This document shows, one piece after another, positions 17,433 to 26,835 of a DNA stretch of 64,000 nucleotides. A model generated the notes under the pieces. That model was not told the DNA's origin and did not search any database. It was given only the letters and a program-made list of their open reading frames with translations. Within the stretch, counting starts at the first letter, position 1. The number at the start of each line of letters is the position of its first letter. The stretch spans positions 124,001 to 188,000 of the IMG/VR virus record IMGVR_UViG_3300032782_000001; one strand, 5' to 3'. A program made the translations under genes and the position numbers.

Positions 17433-17806
17433 GGGCCTGATCGGCTTCGACTGGGGAAGAAAGAACGATCTGCGTGCAGGCGGCGCTCGATCCGCCATAA
17501 CCAATCGAGCCGACACAGCTGCCAACGACAACGGCGCCCTCCGCATCGCGGCCTAAAAAACCGCGCGGATGTCTTCCCGGCGAAACTGCTTCCAGTAACC
17601 GGATGAAGGCACGAACCCAAGAGGAAGCTGGCCGTGGGAGTAACCCTCCTTTTATCCCGACGCCTCAGCCGGGAAGGCGAGATCAAGTCTAGGCTGACAG
17701 TGCGGAAAGACGCGCAAACTCAGTCGCAGGGGATACGGCGACTACGCACGTGAACGAGGGTTGTTTGGACAACTTCAGGACGCGGGTTCGATTCCCGCCA
17801 GGTCCA
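17433..17806 (+). ncRNA. ssrA: tmRNA, tag (A)ANDNGALRIAA
   Basis: GGGCCTG/CAGGTCC-A acceptor with G3-U70; 5' GA..GGCTTCGAC; T-arm GCGGG-TTCGATT-CCCGC; tag ORF 17521-17556. Confidence 0.95.
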
Positions 17807-17820
17807 CAAGGTGTTTGGAA

Positions 17821-18009
17821 ATGCATCAATGGGAAGGTTGGGTATTTCCCAATCCAAAAGACGGTAAAGTCTTAGCTTGGGTCATTTGTGGTAGATGCAG
17901 TTATTGTGTCCATTATGTAAATCATCAGCCCGGGTTCACACCCCCGATTCCACCGGACAATCCTCCTGATTGCAATGAACGATTGGTGAAATGGGTAATG
18001 GAACAATGA
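17821..18009 (+). CDS. Small Zn-binding protein with VMEQ tag
   Basis: MHQW...CGRC...DCNERLVKWVMEQ*; start moved downstream of tmRNA. Confidence 0.6.
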   Translation: MHQWEGWVFPNPKDGKVLAWVICGRCSYCVHYVNHQPGFTPPIPPDNPPDCNERLVKWVMEQ

Positions 18010-18215
18010 CTCGTATTGAACTTTTGAAGGAAATTCAAGAACATCCGGAGAGACACCGGCATGACTTTGACGCGCTCCAAGATTGTTGCTTTATTGATGG
18101 TGCTATTGATCTCGGAGTCATGCAAGCTCACGAGAACGTCAACCTCGGGATGAATGGTGGGATTCGCTGCGACGTGACTTCAGGGCCTTGCGCTTGTGGA
18201 GCTTGGCATCGATGA
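18006..18215 (+). CDS. Small Cys/His-rich hypothetical protein
   Basis: ATGA overlap; ends CDVTSGPCACGAWHR. Confidence 0.6.
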   Translation: MTRIELLKEIQEHPERHRHDFDALQDCCFIDGAIDLGVMQAHENVNLGMNGGIRCDVTSGPCACGAWHR

Positions 18216-18425
18216 GTGGATTCCATTTCACTGCCACGCCGGTTGCGCCGGCAGTGAAATGGAATCCAAATGCACCACAAGCGTCGTCGTCCCAAGAACC
18301 GTCGTGCCGGATGCTTGCTTTGTAAACCGTGGAAGAGTAACGGAGTTAATCAGGAGAAGCCTTCGATTCGGAGGAAACTCCAAGAGAAGTTGGAAGTTTT
18401 GGTTTGCTCCGTGTAACCTGCTTCC

Positions 18426-19082
18426 ATGAAGCTCAAAGACATCAATCTTCTCGACGTCGGTAACACGATCCAGATCGTCGGTGCTGTTTATGCCGACGAC
18501 AAGAAAGTCCTGATCTGTCTCTTTCCGGAGGATCGCGGAGAGATCCAGACTGAGCAGGACCACTCATATGGCGACTGCATGGGGACTGCCACTTCCCAGC
18601 TCGTCACCAAGGACAAGAAGTACCTGGATATTGATGTTCTCGACATGGATGCCGAGGACTGGTTGAAGTTCCTGAAGCAAACCGACGTCATGGAGACCGA
18701 GATTCTGACGAAGGCATCTGATGGGACGCTGGCGAAGGCCATCTACCGGAAGAGCCAACGTCAAATCGACCAGGTCGTGAGTTGGCAAGTCTTCAAGCGC
18801 GATAGCTACACTTGCCGTTACTGCGGCAACGACGCCGTTCCTCTGACGGTGGATCATCTCGTTCGATGGGAAGAGGGCGGTCCAACGATCGCGGATAACC
18901 TCGTTGCTTCTTGTAAGAAATGCAACAAGACCCGCGGGAATCTCTCCTACGAGGAGTGGCTCCGACATCCACGATACCTGGAGGTCTCCAAGAGCCTCAC
19001 CGTGGAAGTGAGGGCTTTGAACGAAGATCTCGTCGGCAAAATCCGATTCATCAAGAGGAACGTTCACGTTCGGACTCGGTGA
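18426..19082 (+). CDS. HNH endonuclease domain protein
   Basis: RDSYTCRYCG, TVDHL, NLVASCKKCN. Confidence 0.88.
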   Translation: MKLKDINLLDVGNTIQIVGAVYADDKKVLICLFPEDRGEIQTEQDHSYGDCMGTATSQLVTKDKKYLDIDVLDMDAEDWLKFLKQTDVMETEILTKASDGTLAKAIYRKSQRQIDQVVSWQVFKRDSYTCRYCGNDAVPLTVDHLVRWEEGGPTIADNLVASCKKCNKTRGNLSYEEWLRHPRYLEVSKSLTVEVRALNEDLVGKIRFIKRNVHVRTR

Positions 19083-19261
19083 AACGACTTAGCTATTCTG
19101 ACCTGAGGGAAGCCAAGACGGCGGCCCTGGAAAGGCTGGCGAAGGCCATTGCTGTTCGGATTCCCTCAGGTCAAATATCGGAAAAAGAGTATCGTAGTCG
19201 TCTCATCTACGCCATAATGAGGAAAGAAAAAGAAATCTCCCGTGCACCCCGTAATAGATAA
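19079..19261 (+). CDS. Small basic hypothetical protein
   Basis: GTGA overlap with HNH stop. Confidence 0.45.
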   Translation: MKRLSYSDLREAKTAALERLAKAIAVRIPSGQISEKEYRSRLIYAIMRKEKEISRAPRNR

Positions 19262-19276
19262 TGATGAGGTCGGACC

Positions 19277-19549
19277 GTGGTCCGTCGAAATCCGAAACAC
19301 CTCCCAAAATCCTTCAATCTCCAGGGTCCAATCCACATCCCTGAGGCTTCGAACCTTGGAGATTCAGTTGCGGCAGCGAGTGTGGAAATGGCTGCGTTCA
19401 ACTCGCCCCCTCAAGGGGAACTCATCTACCAAAAATTCCACGCGTTGACTCGCTGTCCACAATGCGATTCCATCATCGATCCCAGTAAAAGTGATCACGG
19501 TTCAGAAGAATGTAACCGTCGAATTGTGCTTCAGGTTATGGAGTCCTGA
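19277..19549 (+). CDS. Small Zn-binding protein with VMES tag
   Basis: CPQC...H..EECNRRIVLQVMES*. Confidence 0.65.
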   Translation: MVRRNPKHLPKSFNLQGPIHIPEASNLGDSVAAASVEMAAFNSPPQGELIYQKFHALTRCPQCDSIIDPSKSDHGSEECNRRIVLQVMES

Positions 19550-19566
19550 AAATGTAACGTAATACC

Positions 19567-19764
19567 ATGACCATGCCCTCCGATCGGAAGGATTGGGAAG
19601 GACTCTCAGCTCTTCAGCTCCTTGAAAGGGTCCTAGTTGAGAATCGACAGCTCAACGAAAATATGACTTCCGTGCAAAACCGTAGTAGTGAACTTCTCGA
19701 GAAAGCTCGAGCATGGCGGAAAAGGCTTATTGAACTCGGGGAACCAGACCCCGGTCCTCCCTGA
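19567..19764 (+). CDS. Small coiled-coil protein
   Basis: 65 aa; gTAACGT-N6-ATG. Confidence 0.55.
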   Translation: MTMPSDRKDWEGLSALQLLERVLVENRQLNENMTSVQNRSSELLEKARAWRKRLIELGEPDPGPP

Positions 19765-19785
19765 CTGTTAATTGGCTCGAGAAGT

Positions 19786-20349
19786 GTGAGCCACCAAAGG
19801 CGATCCAGTATTAAACAGAATGAACGTGAAATTGGGAAACTCCGAGGCCCTCGCGGATATAGACTGTGTCGCTTTTGTCGCAAAGAAGTAATGCCTCCAC
19901 GGCAGACTTTCTGTAGCGATTATTGTGTTCATGAATGGAGAATCCGTTCAGATCCTCAGTATTTGAGGAAGTTCGTCTATGAACGAGATCTTGGCATTTG
20001 TGCCATATGCCATGTAGATACTCGGTATATCCGCATAGCTCTAGAGAATGCCGCGCGAGATTCCATGATCGCCAGTGGTGTGTGGTATTGGAAAGACCAT
20101 CCAATATTTCTTGCTGAATGCAAGAAATATGGACTCACGGTCAAAGAGTCTGCGAAATCTCTTTGGCAAGCCGATCATATTATTGAAGTAGTTGATGGTG
20201 GGGGCGAGACAGATCTATCCAATATCCGCACTCTTTGCATACCGTGTCATAAACAAAAAACCCGGTCTGCTAACGCAGTGCGGAAACAAATGGCTTACGT
20301 GGACAAGGACTTAGCACCACTTCCCGACGTCAAACGTCTCATCGACTAG
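19786..20349 (+). CDS. HNH endonuclease
   Basis: CRFC..FCS..C; RDLGICAIC; WQADHII..GGG..NIRTLC..CH. Confidence 0.88.
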   Translation: MSHQRRSSIKQNEREIGKLRGPRGYRLCRFCRKEVMPPRQTFCSDYCVHEWRIRSDPQYLRKFVYERDLGICAICHVDTRYIRIALENAARDSMIASGVWYWKDHPIFLAECKKYGLTVKESAKSLWQADHIIEVVDGGGETDLSNIRTLCIPCHKQKTRSANAVRKQMAYVDKDLAPLPDVKRLID

Positions 20350-21062
20350 GCTGCACGACGCCTGCGCCTGGCAGGCTCCACGGCCGGGTCGACCACGGGG
20401 GCTTGAGGGGCTTGAGGGGCTTCCAATTGAAGGCGGTTAATTCCCGCCAGGTTGGCAAATCCATCTCCGGCTGGGACTACAAATGCATCTCCCATGGTCT
20501 CGGGATGATAATTCTTGTTCGCGATCTTGAAAAACTGATCCGGATGGGATTGGAGCATGAATTTCTGAATCAGCATTTGATCAGGAATAGGAATGTTGAA
20601 TACTTTGAATATGACACAAAATTTTGCTGTGACTTCCCCATCTTCTACCCTGGAAACATTCCAGCAGGAAGAATTTTCGATCCGATAAAGGAATCCGTCT
20701 GAAGACCGAACGTGGAAATGTTTGAAACGTCTAAATTCAGACTTCTGATCTTTATCTAAATGTCGACGTAGAAGTTTGGCCGCCTTTTTGGTGGCGACGA
20801 CCATCTCCTTCGCTTCGATTTGCGTTTGGGTGCCGCGCCTGTCGAAATATGCCGCGCGAACTTCCGGGACTAGACTGATCTCAGATAAAGACCAAGACCA
20901 AACGTGCTCTTCGTTACAACAAGAGCAACTGAATCCGATTCGCCTTTCGAAAGGCCAGCCTTCAGCGCGGAATTGGGAATGATCTCGATGCTCAGTCCAA
21001 GATCGTCGACGATGGTCCGGATCACGATCTCCAACAGCTCTTACAACCTCTTCTACCTGCAT
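20346..21062 (-). CDS. Hypothetical protein, paralog family 1
   Basis: Shares LLRRHL..Q...FC....P..DxMLxQK..L...F.KIAN with 22054 and 22736 ORFs. Confidence 0.7.
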   Translation of the reverse strand: MQVEEVVRAVGDRDPDHRRRSWTEHRDHSQFRAEGWPFERRIGFSCSCCNEEHVWSWSLSEISLVPEVRAAYFDRRGTQTQIEAKEMVVATKKAAKLLRRHLDKDQKSEFRRFKHFHVRSSDGFLYRIENSSCWNVSRVEDGEVTAKFCVIFKVFNIPIPDQMLIQKFMLQSHPDQFFKIANKNYHPETMGDAFVVPAGDGFANLAGINRLQLEAPQAPQAPVVDPAVEPARRRRRAA

Positions 21063-21162
21063 TCTTCATTAATACACCCAAAAAGCTCGAGCGGCTTCCG
21101 ATAGAGTATCGTTAGGTAGAGCATGGCTCTGCGTGCTGGTAGTCTTAGAACAGATCCGAGCC

Positions 21163-21624
21163 ATGGCAAAGAATAAAAAACCCCCGGTCAGACTGATTCT
21201 CTCTCTTCCGGAAGAAATAGCGTCGGGACTGGATAAAGAAATCAGGAAGCTCCGGAAGCGCCATCCGGGTGTCCATCCGACAAGAGCTAGTATTACTCTC
21301 GCTCTAATCAAGAGCGGGTTGCTTAGGCGTGTAGACACGAAGGAAGAGCGCAATGAGTCTTATAAACTCATAGTGCGGGAAGCCAATATTTTCAAGAATC
21401 GCGGTAAAGAAGCTATGAAAGCGGGTGATGATGTCGGGGCTCGAGCTCTATATCTGAAAGCAGCAGCAGCAGAACTCGATGCCCTTTCCGTTTTAGGTAC
21501 GAATGACGAAGTCGCTACCAAAACGGTGGTCATTGAAATGTTACTTCTTTTGAAAGCAGCTACAGGTTATAAGCATCTACCAGAAGTACCGCTTAGCATG
21601 GATGCTCCATTACATAATTCTTGA
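21163..21624 (+). CDS. Hypothetical protein (RHH-like N-terminus, TPR-like helices)
   Basis: VRLILSLPEEI...RASI; helical C-terminal half. Confidence 0.5.
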   Translation: MAKNKKPPVRLILSLPEEIASGLDKEIRKLRKRHPGVHPTRASITLALIKSGLLRRVDTKEERNESYKLIVREANIFKNRGKEAMKAGDDVGARALYLKAAAAELDALSVLGTNDEVATKTVVIEMLLLLKAATGYKHLPEVPLSMDAPLHNS

Positions 21625-21669
21625 ACATGGTTCCATTGTATTGTGACTGAAGCCCGCTAGGAGGATCAA

Positions 21670-21966
21670 ATGGACACTCAGATTCAGACTCAGACTGCCG
21701 ACGAATTCTCCGCCAAGAACTCTCTCCAGGGCACCGGATTTGGAGAGCTTGCCATCATGGGCAAGGAAGGCGATACCAAGATCATGTGGGACAAGTCCAA
21801 GCCCGTCGAAGTGGACACTGCTCGGGATACTTTCAAGCGCCTTCGCAAGGAAGGATACCTCATCTATCGCGTCGTTGGTGAGAAGGGCGACAAGGGCGAG
21901 CAGATGAATGAATTCGACCCCGATGCTGGCCGACTCATTGCAGCTCCTGCGATGACGGGTGGATAG
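21670..21966 (+). CDS. Hypothetical protein
   Basis: Strong SD AGGAGG; ends PAMTGG. Confidence 0.7.
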   Translation: MDTQIQTQTADEFSAKNSLQGTGFGELAIMGKEGDTKIMWDKSKPVEVDTARDTFKRLRKEGYLIYRVVGEKGDKGEQMNEFDPDAGRLIAAPAMTGG

Positions 21967-22053
21967 CGATCATACTGTCGTTCAAGTGGCTCCATAGCCG
22001 CATTCATGGAATAGCCACAAACAACGGCATTTGTTTGCATGTAAACTCGGCTG

Positions 22054-22746
22054 ATGCCGATCTATGGTAGAGACAAGGGGCTTTCAAAAGAGGTGCTTGA
22101 AGCCCGGGCCAGAGCGGAGCGGCTCCTTCGTAGCCATCTGAGTCCGGATCAGGTCCGTGATTTGGACCAGCACAACTGGTTCGAAGTCCACGTGGCAGAC
22201 CGAGTCTATCGGCTGCTCCGCGGTCGGATGGGGAATGTCCGTCTCATGTGCGACGGGAAAGCCGTCGCACAGTTCTGCATCCATCCCAAGACGGATGTTC
22301 CCGATGCCGACACGATGCTTGCTCAAAAGCTCATGCTTGAAAGTGACGAGGAGTCGTTCCTGCGCATCGCTAACCGATCAGAACTAATGGGTCGGTATGA
22401 TGGCCTTTACGAGGGCAGTCGAGTCCGTCGAGGAACCGGTCCTGTTGAAGTACGGCCTCTCGATCCAGTGGCACGAGAAGAAATCATTACGCGTAGTCTC
22501 TTAACTGCTGAAGGACGAGAGAGACTAGCATCGGCTGTTTGGACCGCCGCTCGATATCATCGGATTGCCAATCCTAATGCGAGCTCTGAAACTACCTCTG
22601 CTGAACCCCCGGCTCGTGTTGGACAACTTGAAATCGCAGCTAGATTAGCTGCTGCATATCAGCCCGGTGATCACAGGATCGTTAGGGCTATGAAGAAATG
22701 GGCAGCGTTTTCCAGACATTTGACGGAGATCTCCAATGCCGCTTGA
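22054..22746 (+). CDS. Hypothetical protein, paralog family 1
   Basis: FCIHP..VPDADTMLAQK domain. Confidence 0.7.
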   Translation: MPIYGRDKGLSKEVLEARARAERLLRSHLSPDQVRDLDQHNWFEVHVADRVYRLLRGRMGNVRLMCDGKAVAQFCIHPKTDVPDADTMLAQKLMLESDEESFLRIANRSELMGRYDGLYEGSRVRRGTGPVEVRPLDPVAREEIITRSLLTAEGRERLASAVWTAARYHRIANPNASSETTSAEPPARVGQLEIAARLAAAYQPGDHRIVRAMKKWAAFSRHLTEISNAA

Positions 22747-23599
22747 TTCACTTGTTCGAGCAGTAAATGAAATTCAAACCACGAATTCAGGGCCGATTTT
22801 GACTGCGGCCACGGGAGCTGGAACCGTGAACTGCGTATGGGGACCTTGGAACGTCCAGTTTATTCAGACTGGGACTTCTACCACTACGTATACGGCCACT
22901 AATGCTACCAATGATTCTTGGGTTGTCTGGAATCAACAGATGGCCCATGAGCTCCAACGAGCTGTTAACGCTGCTAGTGCAGCTATGACGTCAGTTGGAT
23001 ATGCTGTCACCAACACCATCACCGACGCGACGTCCGCTCTTTCCAACTCCAGTATTTGGACCATTTGGAATCAAACCATTTCCACAATCTCCACTACCAA
23101 TACTTGGACCGTTTGGAACGAGCAGCTTCGAAACGCCAATCCACAACAAGTTCGCCAAGCCGTCGAAAGGCGACGTCCTTCGGAAGAGGAAGTTAGGGCG
23201 AACTTGGAGCGCGAGAAAACCTGGCGCGAAGCAGAAGAAAAACGGAAGAGGGAAGAGGAAGAAGCCAAGGCGAAGGCCGAAATTCTTCTTCGTCGTCATC
23301 TTTCACCTGAACAACAAGAAGACCTGGATAAGAAGAATTGTTTCTTCCTTCATATTGGGGAAGAAAGATATCAAATTGTCCGAGGACAACATGGAAACGT
23401 CAAGCTTTTGGATGAAGATGGGAAGATTAAGAGGTCTTTCTGCATTCATCCGAAGGTGAAAGTCCCGGATGCAGATGCAATGCTCGCTCAGAAGTTTCTT
23501 CTAGAAACGGACAAGGATGCATTCTACAAGATTGCCAATATCACCGAATATGGTGGTCGGGGCGGTGCGCTTCCGCCTGCGGCCAACGCCAATCGATAG
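22736..23599 (+). CDS. Hypothetical protein, paralog family 1, with WxxWN repeats
   Basis: Four WxxWN repeats, coiled coil, FCIHP..DAMLAQK domain. Confidence 0.7.
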   Translation: MPLDSLVRAVNEIQTTNSGPILTAATGAGTVNCVWGPWNVQFIQTGTSTTTYTATNATNDSWVVWNQQMAHELQRAVNAASAAMTSVGYAVTNTITDATSALSNSSIWTIWNQTISTISTTNTWTVWNEQLRNANPQQVRQAVERRRPSEEEVRANLEREKTWREAEEKRKREEEEAKAKAEILLRRHLSPEQQEDLDKKNCFFLHIGEERYQIVRGQHGNVKLLDEDGKIKRSFCIHPKVKVPDADAMLAQKFLLETDKDAFYKIANITEYGGRGGALPPAANANR

Positions 23600-23608
23600 G
23601 GTGGCTCC

Positions 23609-23785
23609 ATGGACGAGGCAAGTCGGGTAGCCCAACAAATCCATAATCAATGGCCTTTCATACCCGAAGAGGATGCTAAGGCTTTCTATCTTTCTCTCGG
23701 AATGATTACTGTGGGTGAAGGGACTGTTCGTGTTAGTCTTTGGGTTTTGGCTCGAGTAATTGAGCACAAAATGGGCAAAAACTAA
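23609..23785 (+). CDS. 58-aa hypothetical protein (not in ORF track)
   Basis: MDEASRV...KMGKN*; fills gap, TAATG overlap with next gene. Confidence 0.5.
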   Translation: MDEASRVAQQIHNQWPFIPEEDAKAFYLSLGMITVGEGTVRVSLWVLARVIEHKMGKN

Positions 23786-24246
23786 TGCAACCCACTTATC
23801 TTATCGGAGATGCTACTCGTCCCGTAGCGGATGGACCAAAAGTAATTATACATATCGTGAACACCGCAGGTCGGTGGGGTGCCGGCTTTGTGAAAGCAAT
23901 TTCACGGAGATGGTCAGATCCTGAGAAACGCTACAGGAAGTGGGCTAAAGAAGAAAGCTTCAAACTAGGGGAGGTCCAGTTCGTCCAAGTTGATCATGAT
24001 ATTTGGATTGCCAATATGGTAGCTCAGCTCGGAATTGGAGAGCTGAACGGCCCTCCCATAAGATACGAAGCCTTAGAACAATGTCTTCAAAAAGTGGCGA
24101 TTTTCGCACTTGAGAAAGGAGCCACTGTCCACGCACCGAGGATTGGATGCGGTCTTGCTGGAGGAAAATGGTCCAAGGTGGGACTTCTCGTGGAATACGA
24201 GCTTTGTAACGCCGGAGTAGGTGTTTTCATTTACGATCTCAGCTAA
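23785..24246 (+). CDS. Macrodomain ADP-ribosyl hydrolase (TARG1/DarG-like)
   Basis: GDAT, HIVN..GRWGAGF, APRIGCGLAGGKW. Confidence 0.88.
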   Translation: MQPTYLIGDATRPVADGPKVIIHIVNTAGRWGAGFVKAISRRWSDPEKRYRKWAKEESFKLGEVQFVQVDHDIWIANMVAQLGIGELNGPPIRYEALEQCLQKVAIFALEKGATVHAPRIGCGLAGGKWSKVGLLVEYELCNAGVGVFIYDLS

Positions 24247-24279
24247 TCAAATTCGTAGACTCATGACGTAGAGGCAGTC

Positions 24280-26493
24280 GTGAGCGACGAAATTCAGAAG
24301 ATTCCGAAAATTCCGAATCCTTCCGGTAAGTCCGCCGTTGACGGAGAGCCCGAAGACCTAATTCAAATCGGCCAGTGGTACTGGGTCAAAAATCAAAAGG
24401 ATAAAGACCCTTGGTTTGGGTGCGTCGTCCACGTTGGGACGAACTACGCAGAAGTCCAAGCTCCTCGGTATGGCTCCAGCAGGATTCATTTCGATAATTT
24501 CTTTTCCATTTGCTCTTTGGAGCCTAATCCGGATGCGGTAATCGATAAGGAGATTTCCGAGCATCAAACGGAAGTCAATCGGCTCCTTGGACGCGTGAAA
24601 GAAGTCACCGCCCAGCTCTCTATTGTCCCGAATCCTCTTCTCCAGTCTGGCAACGAAACACGAGCACTCGCGCTCCGTGGTCCAGGCCAGGATATGGGCG
24701 AATATGGGAAGGCGCTAGAGAAAGCCAAGAAGGAGATTCTTCCTGACTTATTCCGTCGGATTCAAAGCACCAACGAATCTCTGGCAGCATGGATGACCGC
24801 TAAGATCGTCCCGTTGAAAGCTCAAGCTAAAGGTCTTGATTCCATCATTGGAGCCATCAACGAACGCATCTTCTCGGTGGAGCTTTACGCCGGGCTGACC
24901 GAGAACGTTGAGAAAATTCGCGATGGAGAACCTGCACCACTTTCCACAAAAGTTCATCTCTTTCAGCGTCGCTGTTACATGGACGAAGAGTGTCTTGCCC
25001 ATTATGAAACGGGCGGCATATCATTCCGCAACATTCACGAATTCGATAACTGGATCGCACGAGAAGACAATCTGAATAGATTGTTTCCATTCCCTCGATC
25101 CATCGTTGCCTTTCGTGTCCGTCGTTCGGAAAAACATCGAGAGATCATCAATTTCTCAGATTTTATCTCTCTTGAAGGAGAACTCAACGCAGATAAATGG
25201 ACTTTCCTCTACATCCGGAATGGAGCTCAACTCTTTCGGATGGATACGAAAATCGAATTCGGTCATAAATTATTCCCGGATCTCGGTCATAATTCCCTCG
25301 TGGGAAAACTGTGGGCGGAAATGTTCGCCGGCAACGTCAAAAGACTCATCACAGACAACGAACACACTGGCATTATCGAGGATTTAGAGCGAGAACGAAA
25401 AGAATGGAGGAAAAAGGATAAAGCTTTCCAGCAAGCCAAGAAGGCTGGAAAGAAAACTTCTGACGACGCAGAAGTTAACTGGCCAGGATTCGAACCAAGG
25501 CTCTTCCATGATTACGAGCCTTACGATCGTTCGAGCGTATACAAGGATGATATTGCGGAGAAAATTCAAGACGAAATCCGTGAACACAATCGAATCGGAC
25601 TTGTCATTCAAGGACTCCTCGATAGATCTCCCGTTCTTCATCCGCACCCGCCTTGGCAGATTTGGACCCCAGATGGGTTCAATATGGCCTTGGAGCTTGT
25701 CTATGATGAGAGCAGGACTCTGACCACGGGTGAGGCTCCCGACTTCGAAGCGTATCGCGCGCGATTGAACCAGTCTCTCAAGACGGGTTCAGTCACTGTT
25801 GGTCAGCAAGAAGCTTGGCTTAGATATGAGGCCAAGAAGGAATCCGATCGCCGAGATCGTGATTATCGTTATGCCAGGGAGCATTACCGACCTTCCCATT
25901 TCCAACCCCACGGGAATCCGGGGCCTGGAATTCTCGCGAAGGTTATGAATTTCAACAAGAACACCAAAGAGTGTTCGTACTCTTGGAATCGGGAACGTCA
26001 AACTCACCCTAATTACGGAAGTCCAATTCGCACGACGTTTTCCTGTGTCTCCGGAATCGTGTTGAACGTGGATGCATACACCCCTGGAGATTTCAAAATT
26101 TTCTTCAATGATCCGAGAACCCGTGCCGATTACCTCCAGTGGGCTCCTTTGCTCTTGGAAGCAGAAGAATATCACGCCGGAAACCGGAAAGTAGTAGAAC
26201 CGGCGCCTCCTGGTCCAAAAATCGAAAGTAGTTGGGAAGGTCAAAAAAGGTACGAAAATCGCAAAATCCGAAAGCAGCTTATGGGTAAAGCTGTTAGATT
26301 GGTTCGTGATGTCAAAATGATGGACGGGACCGTCTACAAGTCCGGATCACTTTGGCGAGTAATTGGAGGTTCTGGACGAGATTTTGAAATTGAAGGAATC
26401 GAGACTGACGGGACCCCTTCCAAGAAGTCCCGAGGCATCCGGAAGATGCGTGCGCACGACTTCGAAGTAGATCCGGACATTCCGGAAAAGTAG
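24280..26493 (+). CDS. Large hypothetical protein
   Basis: 737-aa uninterrupted ORF. Confidence 0.7.
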   Translation: MSDEIQKIPKIPNPSGKSAVDGEPEDLIQIGQWYWVKNQKDKDPWFGCVVHVGTNYAEVQAPRYGSSRIHFDNFFSICSLEPNPDAVIDKEISEHQTEVNRLLGRVKEVTAQLSIVPNPLLQSGNETRALALRGPGQDMGEYGKALEKAKKEILPDLFRRIQSTNESLAAWMTAKIVPLKAQAKGLDSIIGAINERIFSVELYAGLTENVEKIRDGEPAPLSTKVHLFQRRCYMDEECLAHYETGGISFRNIHEFDNWIAREDNLNRLFPFPRSIVAFRVRRSEKHREIINFSDFISLEGELNADKWTFLYIRNGAQLFRMDTKIEFGHKLFPDLGHNSLVGKLWAEMFAGNVKRLITDNEHTGIIEDLERERKEWRKKDKAFQQAKKAGKKTSDDAEVNWPGFEPRLFHDYEPYDRSSVYKDDIAEKIQDEIREHNRIGLVIQGLLDRSPVLHPHPPWQIWTPDGFNMALELVYDESRTLTTGEAPDFEAYRARLNQSLKTGSVTVGQQEAWLRYEAKKESDRRDRDYRYAREHYRPSHFQPHGNPGPGILAKVMNFNKNTKECSYSWNRERQTHPNYGSPIRTTFSCVSGIVLNVDAYTPGDFKIFFNDPRTRADYLQWAPLLLEAEEYHAGNRKVVEPAPPGPKIESSWEGQKRYENRKIRKQLMGKAVRLVRDVKMMDGTVYKSGSLWRVIGGSGRDFEIEGIETDGTPSKKSRGIRKMRAHDFEVDPDIPEK

Positions 26494-26494
26494 A

Positions 26495-26827
26495 TCAGCA
26501 GTTCCTCAGGAAAAGAGTGAGGAATGCAAGCGCTAGTGCCGTTCCCACGGCAAAAGCTATAATGACCTTTTTACTAACTCCGGAAGGAGGCTTAGCAAGC
26601 CCGGAGAAAGACGGTTGAGTGATTCGAATAGCGACGAACTTACCTGTATCACCCGCTTTCTTAGCCCAGGAGACATCGAACTGAGTCCTTTGGTAGCCAC
26701 AATTGCCACATTGAGATTGGGAAGCGTTTACACGCATACCACAAATCCGACAGTTCCACAACAAATCCATGTCCCCTCCTTCTATCATATTAGTTTCAAT
26801 GAACGGGCCATGAACTTGTTGTAACAT
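26495..26827 (-). CDS. Zn-ribbon membrane protein
   Basis: WNCRICG...CGNCG plus C-terminal TM helix. Confidence 0.5.
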   Translation of the reverse strand: MLQQVHGPFIETNMIEGGDMDLLWNCRICGMRVNASQSQCGNCGYQRTQFDVSWAKKAGDTGKFVAIRITQPSFSGLAKPPSGVSKKVIIAFAVGTALALAFLTLFLRNC

Positions 26828-26835
26828 GTTTTACT

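Noticed and set aside
17388-17820. ORFs 17388-17606, 17417-17686 and the 5' part of 17761-18009
   Set aside because: They lie inside the tmRNA
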